A stretch of DNA of 64,000 nucleotides from assembly GCA_049325335.1 (NCBI GenBank), contig JBMOMC010000007.1, positions 96,001-160,000 on the forward strand. The letters run 5' to 3'. The notes beneath the pieces are model-generated. The model ran no database searches. It saw nothing but the letters and a program-made list of their open reading frames with translations, and was not told the DNA's origin. Position numbers and translations under genes: made by a program. This document shows positions 57,791 through 64,000 of the stretch, piece after piece. The DNA is from Nitrospirota bacterium. GTDB taxonomy: Bacteria > Nitrospirota > Nitrospiria > 2-01-FULL-66-17. How positions within the stretch are numbered: the first letter of the stretch is position 1; each line of letters opens with the position of its first letter.

Positions 57791-58291
57791 TCACACGCCC
57801 ATGTCCCGCAGACGCTGCTCGATGTGGTGCGGCTGGCACCCTTTCGGCGCCACGAACGCGAGTTCAATCCCGTTTTGGGATTGCCCCTGCAACCACGCCT
57901 TCAAAAACGTCCGCGCCGCGATCACCGGGTCGAAGTGGCCCGCGTGCGCCCCGAACAACTCCACGGCCGCGACCTTGACCTGCAAGGCTTCCAACACCGG
58001 TCGCAGCGCGTCGGCGACCTGATGGAGCACCAGATAGGTATAGTCGGACGCGCGCCCCAACCCCACGCACAACACGCGCGGCGTGGAAAACGTGGGCACG
58101 GAGAGCAACGCGGTTTCACCGAGGTGACCCTGCACCCGGCCGTCCACGATCAACCGCGAGAGCTTGCCGCCGGCCAGCCAGTCCACCTGCCCCGCCAGAC
58201 CGTGCGGCGGTCGCACGTCCTCAAAAAACCCCGTCACCAACACGTCGGCGCAGACCCGCGCCGCGGGGTCAGCGAGGACCGTCGCCCGCAT
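57791..58291 (-). CDS. Stand-alone M17 peptidase N-terminal (macro-like) domain protein
   Basis: FFEDVRPPHGLAGQVDW..G.LSRL..GETALL..VLCVGLG. No catalytic M17 domain. Confidence 0.7.
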   Translation of the reverse strand: MRATVLADPAARVCADVLVTGFFEDVRPPHGLAGQVDWLAGGKLSRLIVDGRVQGHLGETALLSVPTFSTPRVLCVGLGRASDYTYLVLHQVADALRPVLEALQVKVAAVELFGAHAGHFDPVIAARTFLKAWLQGQSQNGIELAFVAPKGCQPHHIEQRLRDMGV

Positions 58292-58742
58292 GGGTTTGTT
58301 CGCCGGAGCGGACCGGCACCGCGGGATCGTGTTTCGCGATGTGATCCAAAATCCCGTTGACGAAGGCCCCGGACTCGTCGGTGCCGTACTTCTTAGCGAT
58401 TTCAATCGCCTCGTTCAACACCACGCGCTCCGGCACGTCGCGCGCGTACAGCAATTCGTACACGGCCAGGCGAAGCACGTTGCGGTCCACCGTCGCCATC
58501 CGGTCCATCGACCAATGCGTGGCGTGGCGAGTCACCAACGCGTCGATCGTCGCTCGATGTTCGTCCACCCCGCGCACCAAGGACTCCGCAAACGCCTGAA
58601 CCTCGGGAGTCGCGCGGCGCTCCGCCCAAAACTCCGCCATCTCTCGCGCCCGACGCGCGACGTCGTCCGGGGCCGCCGAGGTTAAATCGGTCCCGAACAA
58701 CACCTGCAACGCGTACTCCCGCCCTTTTCGACGAAATCCCAC
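58269..58742 (-). CDS. nusB: Transcription antitermination factor NusB
   Basis: RRKGREYALQ, WSMDRM..DRNVLRL, NEAIEIAKKYG and FVNGILD. GTG 58742 with AAGGAG RBS. Confidence 0.96.
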   Translation of the reverse strand: MGFRRKGREYALQVLFGTDLTSAAPDDVARRAREMAEFWAERRATPEVQAFAESLVRGVDEHRATIDALVTRHATHWSMDRMATVDRNVLRLAVYELLYARDVPERVVLNEAIEIAKKYGTDESGAFVNGILDHIAKHDPAVPVRSGEQTHAGDGPR

Positions 58743-58747
58743 CGCGA

Positions 58748-59260
58748 TTACTCCTTCGCGCGCAACCGTCTCGCCAACAACGCCATGTCCAAGGCGGTTC
58801 GCGCTGATTCGGCCCCGCAATTACGCCCCGACGGGTCGGCCCGCTCCTCGGCCTGCGCCGCCGTATCCGTGGTCAACACGCCGAACACCACCGGACGTCC
58901 CTCCCGCAATCCCACGTCCATGATGCCGCGCGACGCGGCGTGCGAGATGAACTCAAAGTGGGGCGTGTCGCCCCGGATCACGGCACCCAAACAAATGACC
59001 GCGTCGTACCGCCCCGCGCGACACAACCATTGCGCCGCCAGCGGCAACTCGAACGCGCCCGGCACGTACACCACGGACACGGCGCGTTGATCCACGCCGC
59101 CGGCGACGAGCGCCGCGCGCGCCGCGCGGACCAGACGAGCGGTGATGACCGCGTTGAATCGGCTGGCCGCGATCGCCACGCGTAAGCCGAGACTCCTCGG
59201 CGCCCGGATCGCGGCCCGCGGCCGCCTCCCAGGGCCTTTCACCGCGCGCCGGGCGGTCAT
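58748..59260 (-). CDS. ribH: 6,7-dimethyl-8-ribityllumazine synthase
   Basis: [24 protein letters not shown] and FGVLTT motifs. Confidence 0.96.
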   Translation of the reverse strand: MTARRAVKGPGRRPRAAIRAPRSLGLRVAIAASRFNAVITARLVRAARAALVAGGVDQRAVSVVYVPGAFELPLAAQWLCRAGRYDAVICLGAVIRGDTPHFEFISHAASRGIMDVGLREGRPVVFGVLTTDTAAQAEERADPSGRNCGAESARTALDMALLARRLRAKE

Positions 59261-60459
59261 ACCTTATTTAACATGTGACCGAGCTTTTGTTTCTTGGTCC
59301 GGAGGTAGTCGCGATTGCTCTCGTGGGGGTGCGTTTCGATGGGTACGCGTTCGGCCACGGTCAACCCGTAGCCGTCCAAGCCCACCACTTTGCGCGGGTT
59401 ATTCGTCATCAACCGAATCCGGCGGACGCCGAGATTCACCAGGATTTGGGCCCCGATCCCGTAGTCGCGCAGATCGGCCTTGAATCCCAACGCCAGATTC
59501 GCCTCCACGGTATCCTGGCCCTGGTCCTGGAGCGCGTAGGCCTTCACCTTGTTGACCAACCCGATGCCGCGCCCTTCTTGGTTCAAATACAACAACACGC
59601 CCGCGCCCTCCTGCTGGATCATGGACATGGCGGCGTGGAGCTGTTCCCCGCAGTCGCACCGCATGGAACTGAACACGTCGCCGGTCACGCAGCCCGAATG
59701 CACGCGGACCAAGGTCCCGTCGGACCCGCTGATCGTCCCTTTGACCAATGCCATATGGGTCCCGTGATCGATCGTGTTCTCGTAAACCACGACGCGAAAC
59801 TCGCCGTACCGTGTCGGCAAGTCCGCCTCCGCGACCCGACGGACGAACGACTCGCGTTGCATCCGGTACTCGATCAAATGTTTGATCGTCGTGATCTTGA
59901 GACCGTGTCGGCGCGCGAACGCCATCAACTCCGGCACCCGCGCCATGGTCCCATCTTCGTTCATGATCTCGCAAATCACGCCGGACGGCGTGAGGCCGGA
60001 CAACCGGGCCAGGTCCACCGAGCCCTCGGTTTGTCCGGCGCGTTTGAGGACCCCGCCGGGTTGCGCGCGAATCGGGAAAATATGGCCGGGCCGGGCCAGA
60101 TCCTCCGGTTTGGTGCCGGGATCAACCAGCGCTTGGATCGTCCGCGCGCGGTCGCCCGCCGAAATGCCGGTGCTCACCCCGGCGCGCGCGTCCACCGACA
60201 CGGTAAACGCGGTGCCGAACGTGGCAGTGTTTTGCGACGCCATCGGCGTCAACTGCAACGCCTCCGCACGCTCCGGCGTCACCGCGACGCAGATCAACCC
60301 CCGCGCGTGCCGCGCCATGAAATTGATCGCGTCCGGCGTCACCTTCTCGGCCGCGAGCACGAGATCACCCTCGTTTTCCCGATCCTCGTCGTCGATGAGG
60401 ATGATCATCCGCCCGGCCGCGATCTCCGCGATGGCGGATTCGATGGTATCGAAATCCAT
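59257..60459 (-). CDS. ribBA: Bifunctional DHBP synthase/GTP cyclohydrolase II
   Basis: [38 protein letters not shown] and MTNNPRK motifs. Confidence 0.97.
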   Translation of the reverse strand: MDFDTIESAIAEIAAGRMIILIDDEDRENEGDLVLAAEKVTPDAINFMARHARGLICVAVTPERAEALQLTPMASQNTATFGTAFTVSVDARAGVSTGISAGDRARTIQALVDPGTKPEDLARPGHIFPIRAQPGGVLKRAGQTEGSVDLARLSGLTPSGVICEIMNEDGTMARVPELMAFARRHGLKITTIKHLIEYRMQRESFVRRVAEADLPTRYGEFRVVVYENTIDHGTHMALVKGTISGSDGTLVRVHSGCVTGDVFSSMRCDCGEQLHAAMSMIQQEGAGVLLYLNQEGRGIGLVNKVKAYALQDQGQDTVEANLALGFKADLRDYGIGAQILVNLGVRRIRLMTNNPRKVVGLDGYGLTVAERVPIETHPHESNRDYLRTKKQKLGHMLNKV

Positions 60460-60569
60460 TGATTTTTCCCGATATTTGCCCGAGAAATTCATCTTAGGGA
60501 AACCAGCCGGCCTTGTCAATTACCACGCCCGACCGGACACCACGCATACGCACCGCACACGCCGCTCCC

Positions 60570-62399
60570 TCAGGGGAAGCGACCCGCTCCTCCGTCGCGG
60601 TCAAGAGCCGACAGTCGTTGGCGCGCGACCTCGATGTGTGGGGCCGTACCCGGTTGACCGGGAGCCAATTCCAGAAATTTTTGATACGCCGCGATCGCCG
60701 CATCCCGCGCGCCTTGTTCGTCCAAGATGAGCGCCAGGTTCACGTACGGCATCGCGAACAGCGGCGCAACGCGGATCGCCGTGCGAAACGCGTCTTCCGC
60801 CCGTGCAACCTCGCCGCGCGCGAGATAGAGCTCCCCCAGGCCGTTGTGCAACAGCCCGTTGTCCGGAACGCGCTCCAGCGTGCGCAGATACACGTCCTCC
60901 GCCGCCGGAGAATACCCGCGGGTGCGATAGATTTGCCCGAGGTTCACGTACACTCCCGCGTTGTACGGAAAGCGCTCCAACGCGCGGAGATACACGTCCT
61001 CCGCCGCCTCAAAATTCCCGCGTACCACATACGCCAGGCCAAGATTGAGGTAGGCCGCTTGATTCCCCGGCGCACCGGCCAAGACATCCCGCCACAGACT
61101 GACCTCGTCCCGCCACACCGGGTTTCGTCCGATCACCGCAACCACCATCGCGGCCAAGAGCGCGATCACCCCGAGCCGGCGAAGGCCCACCACCACCGCG
61201 CGCGCCCGCGAACGCTCCCAGCACCACGCCAGGAGCGGCCCCGCCGACAACGCCACGGCAACCGCCGACAGATACCCTCGATTCTCTTGGTACAAGGCCA
61301 ACGGCGTAATCACGGTCAGCGCTGCCACCGGGAGCAACGCCGCGGGAAACCAGAGCGCCGCGTAGGCCAGCACTGGCGCTCGACGCCAAGCACCCACCGC
61401 CACGCCGGCCAAACACGCGCACACGGCCACCGCGCCCAACGCCTGGGTCGTCATCGTGCGAATCGGGCCGAATGCATGGGAAACGGACAGGTCGATCGGG
61501 AACAGTTGTCCTCCCAGTGTTTTGGTCACGATCGCGGCAAACGTCAGTCCCACCGTCAACGGGCCTTCGACAGATGAAGACGGGATCACGGCCCCCATCA
61601 TCCGCTGACGCCAGAGCAGATAGACGACCGTTACGACGACGAACGGGACGTACGCCGCCCAAGTGGATCGATCCTTCCAGGCGCATCGCCGAACAACGAC
61701 GTCGTATCCCACAAGCAACAACGGCACCATGACCGCGGCTTCTTTCGCCAACAAGGAGGCGGCGTAGGCCGCGACCGCCCCGCTCAAGGCAAATCGCCGC
61801 CCCGTCGTGCGATAGCGGGCGAACGCCCAAACCGCCGCAACCGCTGCAAGGCTATACAACACGGACGAGCGCGCCGTGATGTAGTTCACAGCTTCGGTCT
61901 GGATCGGATGCAGCGCGAACACGGCCGCGCCCCAGAACGCGGAGACGCCGCACCCCAAGAGCTGCCAGAGGAGCAACGCCGCCATCGCCGACGCCATGAC
62001 ATGGAGCGCAATGTTGACCACGTGATAACCGACCGGATTGTCCTTGCCCCAGGCATAATTCAGGCCGTAACTGACCATCACCAACGGCCGATACGAAGGC
62101 GTACCTTGCGTATTTCCGATCGTCACAGACTGGAAGTGTTCGGGCAATCGATCAAGCCGGTGGACCGCGGGGTTCCTCAGAATCATGTTCTCATCGTCGT
62201 AATGAAATCCGTTCGGCAGTGAATTGGCATATGCGGCTATCGTGGCAACGAACAGGATCGCCCACGGCCACCACGGCAACGGCGGCCGCCACGATTGCGG
62301 AGGCTGGGCGGGAGCGCCCCACCGCTCCCACAACCCGGGCGCGCGGGGCGGCGCCCCGGTTGAAACTCCGACGCGTGACTCGTGCGAGTGTCGGTTCAC
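60570..62399 (-). CDS. TMTC-like GT-C glycosyltransferase with TPRs
   Basis: GFHYDD, SYRP, HPIQTEAVNYITARSS and AKE motifs, with C-terminal TPRs. Confidence 0.85.
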   Translation of the reverse strand: MNRHSHESRVGVSTGAPPRAPGLWERWGAPAQPPQSWRPPLPWWPWAILFVATIAAYANSLPNGFHYDDENMILRNPAVHRLDRLPEHFQSVTIGNTQGTPSYRPLVMVSYGLNYAWGKDNPVGYHVVNIALHVMASAMAALLLWQLLGCGVSAFWGAAVFALHPIQTEAVNYITARSSVLYSLAAVAAVWAFARYRTTGRRFALSGAVAAYAASLLAKEAAVMVPLLLVGYDVVVRRCAWKDRSTWAAYVPFVVVTVVYLLWRQRMMGAVIPSSSVEGPLTVGLTFAAIVTKTLGGQLFPIDLSVSHAFGPIRTMTTQALGAVAVCACLAGVAVGAWRRAPVLAYAALWFPAALLPVAALTVITPLALYQENRGYLSAVAVALSAGPLLAWCWERSRARAVVVGLRRLGVIALLAAMVVAVIGRNPVWRDEVSLWRDVLAGAPGNQAAYLNLGLAYVVRGNFEAAEDVYLRALERFPYNAGVYVNLGQIYRTRGYSPAAEDVYLRTLERVPDNGLLHNGLGELYLARGEVARAEDAFRTAIRVAPLFAMPYVNLALILDEQGARDAAIAAYQKFLELAPGQPGTAPHIEVARQRLSALDRDGGAGRFP

Positions 62400-62416
62400 C
62401 CGAGCGGCGCCAACGG

Positions 62417-63598
62417 TTATGACGTGGACCGGTACAGGGGCGACAGACGCCGGAGCCGTTCGATCACCGAGGGGAGGAGCCCCAGGGTTTCGCGAATGTC
62501 CGACTCGGTACTCTCGCGTCCGAGCGAGAATACGACGGATCCTTGGGCCCTGGTGGTCTCGATCCCCAGCGCCGTCAACACGTGGGAGACCTTCGAGGAC
62601 ACGGTAAAGTCACTGCACGCCGACCCGCTCGCCGCGGCCACCCCGGCGTGTTCCAGCGTCCGGACCAAGGCCTCGCCCTCGACGTACTCGACGCACGCGC
62701 TGACGTGCCCGGCGACTCGCTGGTCGGGGTGCCCGGTCAACCACACCCCCATCATCTTGGACAGGCCGTCGGCGAGCCGCCGGTGCAGCGACTGCATCGA
62801 CGCCTGCCACGCGGCGCCGTGCTCGCGCACGAGGGCGGCCGCGCGCCCCATTCCCACGATCGCGGGCACATTATGACCGCCGGACCGCCGCCCGCTCTCT
62901 TGCGCGCCCCCGACCAACAATGGGTCAAGACGCACACCACGGCGCACGTAGAGGACCGCGACCCCAGGCGGCCCGTACAACGGGTTCGCCGACACGCTCA
63001 GCGCATCCACCCCGAGCGAGCCCACGTCGAGCGGCCCGCGTCCGGCCGCGGCAACCGCATCGGTGTGCATAAGCGCGCCGCGCTCGCGGGCAATCCGCGC
63101 GATCTCAGCAATCGGCTGGATCGTGCCGATCTCGGGGTTGGCGGTCTGAATCGAGACCAGCACCGTATCATTCCGGATAGCCGCCGCCACCGCGCCCGGG
63201 TCCACCACGCCGTGCCGATCCACGGACACGATGGTCAGCGACGCGCCGTCGCGTTCCAACCGGCGGGCGGTGTCCAACACCGACGGATGTTCGATCGCGG
63301 AGACAATGAGATGGCGACCGCGTCCGGCCAACGGCCTCATCAGCCCCCGCAGCGCGAGCGTATTGGATTCCGTACCGCTGCCGGTGAACGTGAGCTCGCG
63401 CGGGTCGCACCCCAGCAGCGCCGCCACGCGCGCGCGCGCCTCCTCCACCGCGGCGCGCGGTCGTTCGCCGAACCGGTGCAACGACATGGGATTGCCGAAC
63501 TCTTCGGTGAACCACGGCAACATGGCCGCGACCACGTCGGGATGCGGTTTGGCCGCGGCAATGTGATCCAGGTAAATAGGCGTCATGGTGGCGGGCAT
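62417..63598 (-). CDS. IscS/NifS-like cysteine desulfurase homolog lacking the PLP lysine
   Basis: IYLDH, FGNPMSLH, FTGSGTESN, IEHPSV, HTDAV and SGSAC motifs, but SANPLYGPPG in place of SxHKxxGPKG. Confidence 0.85.
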   Translation of the reverse strand: MPATMTPIYLDHIAAAKPHPDVVAAMLPWFTEEFGNPMSLHRFGERPRAAVEEARARVAALLGCDPRELTFTGSGTESNTLALRGLMRPLAGRGRHLIVSAIEHPSVLDTARRLERDGASLTIVSVDRHGVVDPGAVAAAIRNDTVLVSIQTANPEIGTIQPIAEIARIARERGALMHTDAVAAAGRGPLDVGSLGVDALSVSANPLYGPPGVAVLYVRRGVRLDPLLVGGAQESGRRSGGHNVPAIVGMGRAAALVREHGAAWQASMQSLHRRLADGLSKMMGVWLTGHPDQRVAGHVSACVEYVEGEALVRTLEHAGVAAASGSACSDFTVSSKVSHVLTALGIETTRAQGSVVFSLGRESTESDIRETLGLLPSVIERLRRLSPLYRSTS

Positions 63599-63661
63599 TG
63601 TATCACGCCGCCTCACCAGGCACGAGGGGAGAATGGGTTCGGCGACCGCGCCCGCAATTCA

Positions 63662-63690
63662 TTGACTTGGCTACCCCGCGCCGCCATACT
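63662..63690 (+). promoter_or_regulatory. sigma70 promoter of the MFS gene
   Basis: TTGACT-17 nt-CATACT, 9 nt before ATG 63700. Confidence 0.65.
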
Positions 63691-63699
63691 CCACCGCCT

Positions 63700-64000
63700 A
63701 TGAGTGAGTCCCGCCGTTCCATGTTTTCCCTACCACGCACCGTGGTCATGTTGGGCGTGGTGAGCCTGTTGACCGACGCGAGCAGCGAGATGATCTATCC
63801 CCTGCTGCCCCTGTTCTTGGCCACGACGCTCGGAGCCGGCGCCGCGTTCATCGGGTTGATCGAGGGCGTGGCCGAGAGCACGGCCAGTTTGCTCAAATTC
63901 GCCTCGGGTTGGTGGTCGGATCGACTGGGCAAACGCAAGGCCCTGGTAGTCGCGGGGTACACCGTATCGGCCTGCGCGCGGCCGTTGGTGGCGTTGGCGG
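63700..64000 (+). CDS. MFS transporter, truncated by window edge
   Basis: Not in the ORF track. Translates MSESRRSMFSLPRTVVMLGVVSLLTDASSEMIYPLLPLFL..GWWSDRLGKRK (MFS motif A). Confidence 0.9.
   Translation, partial: MSESRRSMFSLPRTVVMLGVVSLLTDASSEMIYPLLPLFLATTLGAGAAFIGLIEGVAESTASLLKFASGWWSDRLGKRKALVVAGYTVSACARPLVALA

Noticed and set aside
60460..60569. FMN riboswitch before ribBA
   Set aside because: The gap is only ~110 bp and lacks the conserved RFN sequence blocks.
1..64000. CRISPR arrays, tRNA/rRNA, transposases, integrases, prophage or defence genes
   Set aside because: No spaced direct repeats, RNA gene signatures or relevant protein motifs were seen. The DNA similarity within 1-4000 is explained by paralogous TMTC-like genes.

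Overview
This is a GC-rich bacterial window; the gene content resembles Nitrospirota or delta-proteobacteria, which is an inference. It has three blocks. (1) Bases 1-33.5 kb hold an accessory envelope/cofactor locus. On the minus strand it runs moaC, an ABC exporter, a histidine phosphatase, a His-rich ferritin-like protein, a Cyc2-like cytochrome-porin, a methyltransferase, a LolA-like protein, an MMPL/RND transporter, an OM barrel, two unknown Cys-paired secreted proteins, a TPR-beta-barrel, a DUF1302-like barrel, a giant FG-GAP lipoprotein and at least 4 tandem TMTC-like GT-C glycosyltransferases. On the plus strand, divergently, lie moaD-moaE-moaA, a sigma54 activator and a degenerate GGDEF protein. 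The moaDEA operon and the secreted-protein pair each have a sigma54 promoter with a similar upstream GGGAA-N6-TTCYC palindrome, which suggests one regulon. (2) Bases 35.5-57.8 kb hold purB-purS...purQ-purL-purF, split by a ~16 kb alternative chemosensory cluster that includes a heme c-binding MCP. (3) Bases 57.8-64 kb hold an M17_N-only protein, nusB, ribH, ribBA, a fifth TMTC-like gene, an IscS-like protein lacking the PLP lysine, and a partial MFS transporter. I saw no rRNA, tRNA, CRISPR array or transposase. The best candidate for a new system is molybdopterin (dithiolene) biosynthesis wired to tailoring enzymes, export machinery and secreted, possibly glycosylated surface proteins. All calls come from reading motifs by eye; no searches were run.
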